Below are positions 1 to 9,373 of a stretch of 64,000 bases of DNA, piece by piece. The notes beneath the pieces are model-generated. The model searched no databases, was not told where the DNA came from, and saw only the letters and a list, made by a program, of their open reading frames with translations. Every line of letters starts with the position of its first letter. The stretch's first letter is position 1. Source of the DNA: Patescibacteria group bacterium (GTDB lineage: Bacteria; Patescibacteriota; Minisyncoccia; UBA6257; GWB1-50-10). The DNA is taken from contig JBFLWN010000002.1 in NCBI GenBank assembly GCA_040757555.1, positions 83,116-147,115 on the forward strand, given 5' to 3'. A program made the translations under genes and the position numbers.

Positions 1-2556
1 GGAAAATTCGGTGAGCGTGCGTGTATAAAAATTTCCTTTATAAAATTCAAAGTATCCACGTAACGCCTCTCTCCCTCGTTCAAGGGTTTCCGTGTAGTCA
101 TTCTTGGAAAGCGGCTGACGATTAAGATAAAACTCGAATTTTTGAAGAAGAAAATCTTTTCCCACTTCCCGAACCTTCAAATTTTCAAAAAAATCTTTCA
201 ATGCACCATGCATTGCGATTCCGTACATCTGATGTTTTTCTATCGCTTTCGGAATGCGCAAAAGATTTGTATAGAAATATTGCCACGGACACCTCAAATA
301 ATTATTTAATCCGGTAACCGATAATCCATTTTTCATAAATATTTCGCGAATAAAATCCTTGTTGCGTATATCCACTCCCGAAGGAAATGACTCGGAAAAA
401 ATCGAAGATTTTTCGGTGTTATATTTTTCTTCATACTCCCCCGCATCCTCTTCGGCAATACACTCCGATTTTATTTCCGAAAGAAATTGTGATGAGATTT
501 TTTCCTTTCCACTCTCATCGGTACGAGCATAGGAAATATATACTTCCTTTTTTGCACGGGTGAGTGCAACATAAAACAACCGGCGCTCATCATCAATATC
601 GCTTCCGCGGACACTGTTCCCAAAAAGCGAAAATACACGCGGGACAAGCGGGAGGGTATCGGATTTTCTTTTATTCCCCCAATGACCGTCATATGCATTC
701 ACAATATAGACATATTCAAACTCAAGTCCTTTTGCCCGATGCGCTGTCATACAACGCACCCGCGAGGTGATATGCCGTCCTCCGCTCTTTTTGATGGACG
801 CCCCGTGTGCGAGAAGGGTATCGATATAGGAAATAAACAGCTCAAGATTCATCCCACGATGGACTTCGGCCATCGATTTCACCTGATCAAAAAGAGTGAT
901 AAGTTTATCCATTTTCTCGACCGAATCGGGAAGAGAAAGAATATGCGAAAGAAATCCCGATTCACGGACAATTGTTTCGAAAAGTGAAACAATATCGATA
1001 TTTTTGCTTTTTATTTTCCATCCCGATATATCCGAGAAAAACCTCTTTACTGAAGAAATATTTTTCAATCCGAGAGTATCAAGCATTTCGGGACTCTGTA
1101 TGATTGAAAGTAATGACATTTTTTCCCGATGTACGCGATCGATAAGAACATAGATATCTGCCGGATCTATCTTCAAAAAATCGATATGCATCGCTTCAAA
1201 AAAGAGTTCATTACTTCCGAATCCGTGAACTGCACGGAGTAACAGAATAAACTTTCGTATGTCGATATCACCCAACACATCCTGATCGGACTCAATGATA
1301 AAAGGGATTTTATACTTCTCGAAAATATGCGCGACAGGAAAAGCGTCACGATTATCACGATATATCACCGCGATTTCATGAGGATGAACTCCGTGTTCTA
1401 TTTGCTCGGCAATGTGTTTTCCAAGGAAAAAATACTCTATTTCGGGACGCGAAAACGCATACAGAGATAATTTCTTTTCCCCATGGGAAGTATGTGTCTT
1501 GAGGCGCTTTTCTCCCTCAATAAGACTATGTGCCGAATCAAGAATGGTCTGAGTTGAACGATAGTTTTCCTCGAGCGTGATTAATTTTGCATCGGGATAT
1601 TTTTTCTTAAAATAAAGAAAGTTTTCGAGTGAAGCCCCCTGAAATCTGAAGATTGCCTGTTTTTCGTCTCCCACCACAAATATATTCGGATGCTCGTAAT
1701 AATTCGCGAGAAGTTCCAAAATTTTATTTTGTGCATTGTTGGTGTCCTGATGTTCATCAACCAACATATATTGATGCTTTTCCTGTAACATAAGAAGAAG
1801 ATCATTATTGCGCTCAAGTGCCTCAAATACCTCCATAATCATATCGCTATAGTCGTAGTATTTCCTTTGTGCAAGTTCTTTCTGATATATACGAAATACA
1901 TCGGCAAGTTCTTCATTCTTCCGAATTTGTTTCAAAAGCTTCTGATATTCCCCCTTCATTTTCCCCGCATGTGCTCCCTTTGTGTGATAGAGATCGGGAA
2001 TTGCCTCAAATTCAAATTTTTCTTTCTTCACGATTTCGGAAAACCTTTCCGGATTTATCCCTTCTTGTTTTAATTTGTTGATGTTTGAAAGTATCCCCCG
2101 TAAATAATAAAACGGATCGCCAAAGGGTTTTAGTTCTTCAAGTGGCGACGATTCGATGATGGTCTCCACAAGATGTATTTGATCCACTTCGGTAATGTGT
2201 TGTGATCCGATAATCCGCGGAAATTCTTCCGGATAATTTTTTATCACATCATTACAAAATCCATGGAACGTATTAATGACCACTCCATATGCGGGACTCC
2301 CAATAATTTCAACCAACCTCCTTCTCATTGAAGTTGTTCCGGATTCCGTAAAGGTAAGCGCCAAAATATTTTCGGGTTGTGCATCGGTTTTTTTCAGAAT
2401 ATTCGCAATGCGAAGTGTTAAAATCTGTGTTTTTCCCGTTCCCGGTCCCGCAACCACCATCACCGGCCCCTCAATCGTGTCCACCGCCTCTTTTTGTGCG
2501 GGGTTTAGTTTTGCGTACAACTCCTCAAATTTTTGATTCCCCTTTTGCATGTCCAT
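1..2556 (-). CDS. UvrD/PcrA-family SF1 helicase with C-terminal PD-(D/E)XK-type nuclease region; 3' end runs off the window
   Basis: Not in the ORF track. Manual translation from ATG 2556 gives MDMQKGNQKFEELYAKLNPAQKEAVDTIEGPVMVVAGPGTGKT (Q motif, Walker A), then ILALTFT, YMLVDEHQDTN and VGDEKQAIFRFQGA. Near 280-330 it reads LSVTGLNNYLRCPWQYFY, typical of the start of an AddB/RecB-like nuclease domain. Confidence 0.9.
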   Translation of the reverse strand, partial: MDMQKGNQKFEELYAKLNPAQKEAVDTIEGPVMVVAGPGTGKTQILTLRIANILKKTDAQPENILALTFTESGTTSMRRRLVEIIGSPAYGVVINTFHGFCNDVIKNYPEEFPRIIGSQHITEVDQIHLVETIIESSPLEELKPFGDPFYYLRGILSNINKLKQEGINPERFSEIVKKEKFEFEAIPDLYHTKGAHAGKMKGEYQKLLKQIRKNEELADVFRIYQKELAQRKYYDYSDMIMEVFEALERNNDLLLMLQEKHQYMLVDEHQDTNNAQNKILELLANYYEHPNIFVVGDEKQAIFRFQGASLENFLYFKKKYPDAKLITLEENYRSTQTILDSAHSLIEGEKRLKTHTSHGEKKLSLYAFSRPEIEYFFLGKHIAEQIEHGVHPHEIAVIYRDNRDAFPVAHIFEKYKIPFIIESDQDVLGDIDIRKFILLLRAVHGFGSNELFFEAMHIDFLKIDPADIYVLIDRVHREKMSLLSIIQSPEMLDTLGLKNISSVKRFFSDISGWKIKSKNIDIVSLFETIVRESGFLSHILSLPDSVEKMDKLITLFDQVKSMAEVHRGMNLELFISYIDTLLAHGASIKKSGGRHITSRVRCMTAHRAKGLEFEYVYIVNAYDGHWGNKRKSDTLPLVPRVFSLFGNSVRGSDIDDERRLFYVALTRAKKEVYISYARTDESGKEKISSQFLSEIKSECIAEEDAGEYEEKYNTEKSSIFSESFPSGVDIRNKDFIREIFMKNGLSVTGLNNYLRCPWQYFYTNLLRIPKAIEKHQMYGIAMHGALKDFFENLKVREVGKDFLLQKFEFYLNRQPLSKNDYTETLERGREALRGYFEFYKGNFYTRTLTEFS

Positions 2557-2617
2557 AAAATTTTACCACTAAAACAGAAAAGTCTGAAAAAATGAAACAT
2601 AAAAGAACAAGGAATAA

Positions 2618-2646
2618 TTGACTGATAATTATTTATATGGTATTAT
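2618..2646 (+). promoter_or_regulatory. sigma70-type promoter
   Basis: TTGACT-17 bp-TATTAT with extended -10 TG; AAGGGAG RBS before ATG 2689. Confidence 0.6.
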
Positions 2647-2688
2647 TATAAAAACATCTAATCATTCATAAATAAGGGAGTGTGTGTC

Positions 2689-3102
2689 ATGACACAAAAA
2701 GTATCTTTTCTGGAGAAGATAAAGATAATCCTAAAAGCAATTTCTTATCATCTTTTTCCTGAAAGTTATGAGAGCCTCAAACAATTTGCTGCAGAAGCAA
2801 GAAAGAGAGGTTTCACCGTAACAATCAGAGAGCTTTTCATTCCGAACACAAATTCTCAGAACTCCAATGATTTCTGTTCGTCTGTTTCGCAATGCGTCAC
2901 AGACGGAATGGTATATCTTCATTTGAAGGGTGTTGGAGATGGGAGAAAGCGAGATATCGTGTGTGATATTCCTGTCGGATATTGCAGTCTCCAATATGAC
3001 GACATGAAACGATTTCATGAGGAAAAAGAGAAAAAGATGAAAGAGATAATGGAAACATTAAAATCTTTCATTGTCCCGGTAAAAGTTCAGGAAATTTTCT
3101 AA
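2689..3102 (+). CDS. hypothetical protein
   Basis: ORF with its own promoter, RBS and downstream hairpin; no recognisable motif. Confidence 0.65.
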   Translation: MTQKVSFLEKIKIILKAISYHLFPESYESLKQFAAEARKRGFTVTIRELFIPNTNSQNSNDFCSSVSQCVTDGMVYLHLKGVGDGRKRDIVCDIPVGYCSLQYDDMKRFHEEKEKKMKEIMETLKSFIVPVKVQEIF

Positions 3103-3134
3103 TTCAGGAGGTTTTTGTGGAAGTACAAGATTAA

Positions 3135-3172
3135 GGGACTCTACGCGCAATGCGAAGAGTCCCAATTTTTTT
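3135..3172 (+). terminator. intrinsic terminator between convergent genes
   Basis: GGGACTCT...AGAGTCCC stem followed by a T-run. Confidence 0.6.
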
Positions 3173-3184
3173 ATCTAAAATATC

Positions 3185-4984
3185 CTATACCACCTCCGCT
3201 TGATAACATTGTTCACAATAGACTATTTCTTTCCTTTCGGGTGCATATGATGTCTCGAATTCATTGGGGCACCTTCCTGTTCCATGTTGATGTTGTGCAG
3301 TGTTTTGATATATTCCATTCTCTGATTTTTCACCAGTACACTGACAAGCGCGATGCCAGAGCTTCATCGGATTGCGTTTGTTAAAACGTTCAAAGTGACG
3401 TGTATTCGGACATTTCCGTGGAAGCGGAATATTCATCCTCCGATAGAATGCTAACTCCTCGGGAATAATGCGAAATGCTTTTGTGCAATTATGTTCGGCA
3501 GTAACATCCAGAGAACCACGCTTCTCCCACGTTTCACATGAAATTATTTCATTCAAAATATCATCACCAATTGAAGAGATGCGTTCAGGAAGATCTTGAT
3601 ATGACTTCGTTGCAACATGTTCTTTTTCCTGCGGATCTTCCCATACATATCCAACTTTTTGAGCTTCTTCTTTTGTCATAGGAAAATGATCATATGCCGC
3701 CGTTGTATTATATGCGGAAGTGGAAAGATCGGGTGGATAAAATTCTCCAAATTTATATTCCCTCCCCTGTTTGTCCTTATACGGCATCGCATTCATGTGC
3801 TCAATAATCTTCGGAACAAGCGCTTCATATTCTTCTTTTGTGTATTGTTTATTCAGAATGCAATATTCTTTACTTTTTAATCCAATGCATCCAAATAAAT
3901 TTGAAGAGGAATAACAATTATCTACATATGTTAAGTCGTGACATGAATCCCACGTCTCGTTCGCAAAACGAATATTCGAAACATTGTATCCGCAATTTGA
4001 TGTTTCATATACAAGCTCGGTGGCTCTCCCCCAATATGAATAATCCATACAATCTTTCGCTTCAAAAATAGAAAGGAGATATTTTCCATTTTCGACTTCT
4101 CTCGACTGGTACGAGTCTTTCACCCTATTACAATTATTTAACCAATTCCCGGAAACATCGGTACTGTTTATATTGGTTACCGACTGATGAATAGTACCAG
4201 CCACAAGTGCGGAAAAACGTTCGGAAAGTTTTTGTAATCCGGCAGCGGTATCAAGATCCAACTCTTTTATCTTTTTTTCATACTCTTCCTTCGTATATTG
4301 CTTATTTAAAATTGAATATTGCGCATTTCTAAGTCCTGCGCACGCAATGCAGTTGGTACAATTTCTGCAATCGAAAAGAAAATAAGAATCGCGACACTGC
4401 TTACACTCCTGACAATATTGAACATTGTAACAATCATTAATATCGATGGATTGATACGCAAGTTCGGATTTATCTGCATTAAAACAATCGGCGCAGTCAC
4501 GTGAATTCCAGAGGAGGTATGAATAGCGGGAATTTTCATTGTAATTTGCCCGAATAAGTAAATAACAATCCTTGTTGTAACTTGCCCGATTACAATATTC
4601 ACTTCCCACAATATCTCCCTGACGAATAAGAGAGGCGCGAGGTACCCGCATTTTCATTTCCTTAAATTGCTCAAAAAACGGTTTATCAAAATTATATTCC
4701 CTTCCGTATGAAATTGGATCCCATTTATCGCTTCGATAACATTCGAGACAATACAGAGGAAAAGATGTTCCGGGCGGATACATCGCAATCATATTTTTTC
4801 CGCATAAACTGCAGGTGTTTTTATACAAATGCCGTTCATTACAAAACGAAAGTCTCCGCTGAAATCGACAGGGAGGACACCAGGTCGGCGCGGGCACTTT
4901 TATTTTTTCATAAAAATCAAAGTCCTCCGGTGCAATGGTAAACGAGTTTTTGCAGTTTTGACACTGTTTTGCCTCCGAATTCAT
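3185..4984 (-). CDS. Cys-rich multi-zinc-ribbon protein, paralogue 1 (function unknown)
   Basis: 599 aa; CQNC, CPPCR, CSLC, repeated CxxCxxC-GL...YxILNKQYTKEEY, C-terminal YCEQCY. Confidence 0.85.
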   Translation of the reverse strand: MNSEAKQCQNCKNSFTIAPEDFDFYEKIKVPAPTWCPPCRFQRRLSFCNERHLYKNTCSLCGKNMIAMYPPGTSFPLYCLECYRSDKWDPISYGREYNFDKPFFEQFKEMKMRVPRASLIRQGDIVGSEYCNRASYNKDCYLLIRANYNENSRYSYLLWNSRDCADCFNADKSELAYQSIDINDCYNVQYCQECKQCRDSYFLFDCRNCTNCIACAGLRNAQYSILNKQYTKEEYEKKIKELDLDTAAGLQKLSERFSALVAGTIHQSVTNINSTDVSGNWLNNCNRVKDSYQSREVENGKYLLSIFEAKDCMDYSYWGRATELVYETSNCGYNVSNIRFANETWDSCHDLTYVDNCYSSSNLFGCIGLKSKEYCILNKQYTKEEYEALVPKIIEHMNAMPYKDKQGREYKFGEFYPPDLSTSAYNTTAAYDHFPMTKEEAQKVGYVWEDPQEKEHVATKSYQDLPERISSIGDDILNEIISCETWEKRGSLDVTAEHNCTKAFRIIPEELAFYRRMNIPLPRKCPNTRHFERFNKRNPMKLWHRACQCTGEKSENGIYQNTAQHQHGTGRCPNEFETSYAPERKEIVYCEQCYQAEVV

Positions 4985-4998
4985 ATACCTATATTACC

Positions 4999-6696
4999 CT
5001 AAATTATCTCTGCGTTGTAGCACGTCTCGCAGTAGATGATCTCTGGCCTCTCCGACGAATAAGAAGTCTCAAATTTATTTACACATTGTCCATTATGACC
5101 GTGAGATAATTCTTTGCACATACATTGTCGATGCCAAAGTTTTCGAGGTGGACGAAGTGATATGCGCTTTCGATAGCGACATTCTGGACAATTTCTGGGG
5201 ATCGGAATATTCATTCGCTTATAAAACTCGACTTCGGGATCAACCACATTATAATTTCGATCGCATGAAATACAGGTGAGCGCTTCTTTTGTTATTGAAT
5301 CTGATACATCGACAATAGTATCGGGAATTTGATCGGGGGAAAGAGTTCCCTTTCCACGGGTTACTCGAACGTCATCCTGCCATCGAAATCCCCGAGAAAT
5401 TGCAATCTCTTTCTCCATCGGCATATAGATATCTCCATGGGTCTCGTTATATCCGAAAGGAGATAATGCGGGAGGAAAAAATTCACCATATTCTCCTCTC
5501 TTTTTCATTTCTTCAACGAGCTCACTTTTTATGTGCTCATACTCCTCTTCCGAATATTGCGTATTTAAAATACAATATTCTCCTTTTCTCACACCAACAC
5601 ATCCAAAAAGATTTTGTGAATTATGGCATGAGTCACAATAATCTATAAACGTGTTCTCATATGAGAGATGACAAAACCTCACGTTCGATGCATTGGTAAG
5701 TGCATGCGATTCATAGGTAAGCTCGGTTGTCCCCAATCCAACACTCAAAAGGTCCATCGAATCCTTCGCAATAACGATTGCGCTATGACGAACATTCTCG
5801 CTGTCGTAGGCATAATAGCCATTATATATATTTCGGGAATTATGAATTTCATCCCCCACCACATTCTGTGATTTTTCTATCTGTGCATATTTGTGTATTC
5901 CTTTATGTTGAATAATATCAATCCATTTTTTATACAGTTCCGCGCGTTCTCGATATGATCCCAAATTAAATTCTTTCAATTTTTTGTCGTACTCCTCTTT
6001 CGTCAATTGTTCATTTAAAAAACAGTATTTTTTATTCCTTAAATTCCAGCTCAAGAAACAATTTTGACAATTAGTACAATCAAAACAATATTTACACTCA
6101 ATACTGTCATGCACAAAAAAACAAAATTCACACTTAAAATCCCTATCACAATGAAAACATTCATATAAAAACTCTCCCCCTTCGTATGCAAGATTTACAT
6201 CACAGGAGTCTTTTGTGCCATTCCAACAATTGCTCAAATAAAATCCATTTTCACAATTAAAACAGTCAAATGAAAGATATACATTTTTATTGTCCGCCGA
6301 ATGGTTGGTATATTCACTGTTTACAGAATTTTTTCCAAGAAGTGCAACCCGCGGAACCTTTAATTGTAATTCTTTAAATTGTTCAAAAAACGGGCGATTT
6401 ATATCTATCTTCATTGCAAAATCCATAGGACTCCACGTATCTCCCCACCAACACGTATGACAATACACCTTATATGGTGCGTCAGGATGATAAATCGTCA
6501 CTGTTGATTTTCCACACAAATCACAGTTCCTTCGATAGAGGTTACGTTCATTTCGCCATGCATAACGCCTCATCTGCCGACAATCAGGACACCACATTGG
6601 TAGTGGAACATTTATTTTCCCGTAAAATTCAAAATCTTCACTCTCGAGGGTGAAGTTGTGTTTGCAGTTTTGACATTGCTTTGTCTCAGCATTCAT
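4999..6696 (-). CDS. Cys-rich multi-zinc-ribbon protein, paralogue 2
   Basis: 565 aa; same motif order as 3185..4984. Confidence 0.85.
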   Translation of the reverse strand: MNAETKQCQNCKHNFTLESEDFEFYGKINVPLPMWCPDCRQMRRYAWRNERNLYRRNCDLCGKSTVTIYHPDAPYKVYCHTCWWGDTWSPMDFAMKIDINRPFFEQFKELQLKVPRVALLGKNSVNSEYTNHSADNKNVYLSFDCFNCENGFYLSNCWNGTKDSCDVNLAYEGGEFLYECFHCDRDFKCEFCFFVHDSIECKYCFDCTNCQNCFLSWNLRNKKYCFLNEQLTKEEYDKKLKEFNLGSYRERAELYKKWIDIIQHKGIHKYAQIEKSQNVVGDEIHNSRNIYNGYYAYDSENVRHSAIVIAKDSMDLLSVGLGTTELTYESHALTNASNVRFCHLSYENTFIDYCDSCHNSQNLFGCVGVRKGEYCILNTQYSEEEYEHIKSELVEEMKKRGEYGEFFPPALSPFGYNETHGDIYMPMEKEIAISRGFRWQDDVRVTRGKGTLSPDQIPDTIVDVSDSITKEALTCISCDRNYNVVDPEVEFYKRMNIPIPRNCPECRYRKRISLRPPRKLWHRQCMCKELSHGHNGQCVNKFETSYSSERPEIIYCETCYNAEII

Positions 6697-6720
6697 ATAC
6701 CTATATTAGTATAAAACCAA

Positions 6721-7875
6721 CTAAACAGCGAGGCGTTTTTGTATTTTGTTCTTTTCCGGAAGTGGAATTTTTGTTTTCTCTACATACTTCTTCATCGTAT
6801 CAATCGTCACATCATATGTTTTCCTATCCACAGGATATGGTGTGGCGTCTTTTCCTCCATGTGCAAATGAATATCGTGCGGGATCTTCGTACGACGGTTT
6901 TGCGCCATAAATAACCTCCGAGACAAGTGCGAGGGCGCGAATTGTTTTTGGGCCCACCCCTTCAGTTGAAAGAAGTTTTTCATAACTCTCCGGCTGTTCA
7001 TCACATAACTTCCACAAAATTTTCTCGAGATATGCGCTTTTTGAAAAATCTTCCATCACCACCGGGTGTGTCTTGAATTCTTTATTTTCGAGCTCGAGGA
7101 GTGTTAATTGCTTCCCCTCCCCGTTTCCCAATGAAACCATTTTTGAAAGCGGAGAGTAATATCTTCGAAGAAGTTGAATATCTTTCATAAGCACTCCAAA
7201 ACTCTGATGAGTAAGATCGGCACTTATTTCCCGATTCTTTTCGCTTTCATTCGCGGTCATATTCAACACATTCGGAATTTTTATCTGGCTTGAAATTCCC
7301 GAATGCGGTTCGCGAATTAAATCTTTTGCCGTTTCCGAATGCCAATGATATCGTCGTGCAGTTTGGTTTTCTTTATTCATTCCCTGTTGCACCACCGTCC
7401 ACGCTCCATTCTTTGTAAAGAAAAATGTGTGGTGATAAATCTGAAATCCATCTTGAATAAGCGCACTATCCACCTTCGCGGCCATACGCGAATTATATGA
7501 AAGTGCGCGTATGTTTTTTTCACTGAGTGCCAATCGGGACCCCCATGTAAATATTTCGTCGGGTGTTTTTCGAGATGTCTTTCCTTTTCCTCCACAAATA
7601 AAAATTCCGAGGTTACGTTCCTCCCCTCGGATTGCCTCCTTGAGTGCGGCGGTGAGTATTGTCGTAAGCCCCGAAGCGTTCCAATCAAAGGCCAAAACCG
7701 TCCCCAGGGACTGGAACCACACCGGATCCCCAATACGCCGTATAAAGGCATCTGGACCCTCTTCTGCGACGATTACGTGCATCATCTCCCGCCCCAGCAT
7801 CACCATGCGGTCAAAAAGCCACTTTGGGCACTTCCCATAATCAAGTGTAAATGTGGCAATCCCGCGCTGGATCAT
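6721..7875 (-). CDS. DUF763-family protein
   Basis: GIATFTLDYGKCPKWLF, DPVWFQSLG, DWNASGLTT, AAKVDSALIQDGF, VVQQGMN, ARRYHW, GVGPKTIRAL (HhH-like), SFAHGGKD. Confidence 0.8.
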   Translation of the reverse strand: MIQRGIATFTLDYGKCPKWLFDRMVMLGREMMHVIVAEEGPDAFIRRIGDPVWFQSLGTVLAFDWNASGLTTILTAALKEAIRGEERNLGIFICGGKGKTSRKTPDEIFTWGSRLALSEKNIRALSYNSRMAAKVDSALIQDGFQIYHHTFFFTKNGAWTVVQQGMNKENQTARRYHWHSETAKDLIREPHSGISSQIKIPNVLNMTANESEKNREISADLTHQSFGVLMKDIQLLRRYYSPLSKMVSLGNGEGKQLTLLELENKEFKTHPVVMEDFSKSAYLEKILWKLCDEQPESYEKLLSTEGVGPKTIRALALVSEVIYGAKPSYEDPARYSFAHGGKDATPYPVDRKTYDVTIDTMKKYVEKTKIPLPEKNKIQKRLAV

Positions 7876-7878
7876 AGA

Positions 7879-7956
7879 TTATCGATAACGCACCGAAACC
7901 TTTTTTCCCTGTTTTTTTGCGTGTTTCTTTTTTGCTACTTTCCGTGACTTATTCAT
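7879..7956 (-). CDS. 25-aa Lys-rich small protein (MNKSRKVAKKKHAKKQGKKVSVRYR)
   Basis: Manual translation; TGnTAAAAT 6 nt before the ATG; stop lies 3 nt before the DUF763 start. Confidence 0.5.
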   Translation of the reverse strand: MNKSRKVAKKKHAKKQGKKVSVRYR

Positions 7957-8024
7957 ACTTCTATTTTACCACCTATTTTCCCAATGAACAGTTTACAAAC
8001 CAATAAAAAATATTTAATTCCTTA

Positions 8025-8103
8025 TAAGCTAATTCGTACGAATGAGCTTATTCCTCTAATGACAAATTTCTTCATTTACTCATTCGTACGAATGAGTAAA
8101 TGA
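8025..8103. repeat. two related palindromes with core ATTCGTACGAAT
   Basis: 8025..8050 is 26 bp with one mismatched pair; 8072..8103 is a perfect 32-bp palindrome; centres are 50 bp apart. Confidence 0.85.
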
Positions 8104-8180
8104 TCTGAATACAAAAATATTGGAATATAACTCGGGGCACTATGACGCGTTATAGTGCCTAAGAATACATTAGTTTAGGG

Positions 8181-9371
8181 TTAATAGTTGCACACATCAC
8201 ACATCCCACAGTTTTTATCAGGATATGCTTCGCCAAAATATGCGAGCAACATTTTTCTGCGGCAATCCCCCGACGTGCAAAATTCAACCATCTTATCCAG
8301 TTGATACTGCGCAACTGCCGCACGATGTTCATTCTTGCTTTGCCGAATGAAAAATTCATGCTTCATCTTATCTCCATATCCAAAAAACAACATACAATCG
8401 GACGGCAATCCGTCTCTTCCTGCGCGTCCTGTTTCCTGATAATACCCCTCAAGATTTTTTGGAATATCGTAATGAATAACAAAACGTACGTTCGGTTTAT
8501 CAATCCCCATTCCAAATGCAATGGTCGCAACGATAATTCGCAATTTCCCTTTCTGAAATTTCTCCTGATTTTCCGTGCGTTCTTTTTGCGGAAGTCCTGC
8601 ATGATAGGGCGCCGCTTCAATTCCATCCATCATTAAATCACTTGCCATACGTTCAACCGATTTTCTGCTGTGACAATAAATAATTCCTGAATAATCGGGA
8701 TGATCTTCCAAATACGCCTGAATATAATAATATGCATTATCTTTCGGACGGATAATATAATTAAGATTCTCTCTATTAAAACTCGCACGGTGTTCACCAT
8801 ACATTCCTTCTTTGAATTTTAACTGTAGTTTAATATCATCTCTCACCTTCCGTGTCGCAGTCGCAGTAAGTGCAACAATAGGCACTCCGGGAAACTTTTC
8901 ACGAAGCATGCCGAGCTTTCGATACTCGGGACGAAAGTCATGTCCCCATTCGGAAATACAATGCGCCTCATCAATTGCAATCAGAGAAATCCCGCAATCG
9001 AGAAGAAAATCTATGAATCCCTCTTTCACCAAACGTTCCGGCGCAACATACAACAATTTCACCCTTCCACTCAATACCTCATCTTTTATCTGTCTTGTCT
9101 CTTTTACCCCAAGACTACTGTTTAAATATGCCGCGGAAATATTTTTCCCCTCAAGTGAATTTACTTGATCCTTCATAAGTGAAATAAGCGGGGATACCAC
9201 AAGCGTCACCCCCGGAAATTCAAGCGCGGGAAGTTGATAACAGAGTGATTTCCCCGCACCGGTCGGAAGCACCGCAATCACATCTTTTTTCTGAAGAATA
9301 TCGGCGATAATATCCTCCTGATATGGAAGAAATGAATGGAACCCAAAGTGTTGTTTTAATAATCGTTTCAT
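8181..9371 (-). CDS. recQ: RecQ-family DNA helicase, short form
   Basis: PTGAGKSLCYQLP, DEAHCISEWGHDFRP, YYQETGRAGRDG, Zn site CRR...CGMCDVC; ends before WH/HRDC domains. Confidence 0.9.
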   Translation of the reverse strand: MKRLLKQHFGFHSFLPYQEDIIADILQKKDVIAVLPTGAGKSLCYQLPALEFPGVTLVVSPLISLMKDQVNSLEGKNISAAYLNSSLGVKETRQIKDEVLSGRVKLLYVAPERLVKEGFIDFLLDCGISLIAIDEAHCISEWGHDFRPEYRKLGMLREKFPGVPIVALTATATRKVRDDIKLQLKFKEGMYGEHRASFNRENLNYIIRPKDNAYYYIQAYLEDHPDYSGIIYCHSRKSVERMASDLMMDGIEAAPYHAGLPQKERTENQEKFQKGKLRIIVATIAFGMGIDKPNVRFVIHYDIPKNLEGYYQETGRAGRDGLPSDCMLFFGYGDKMKHEFFIRQSKNEHRAAVAQYQLDKMVEFCTSGDCRRKMLLAYFGEAYPDKNCGMCDVCNY

Positions 9372-9373
9372 GT

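Noticed and set aside
471-2536. Short ORF-track calls in the first 2.5 kb and antisense ORFs over housekeeping genes
   Set aside because: Shadows or alternative frames of the real genes, here the UvrD-like gene that the track missed because its stop is outside the window.
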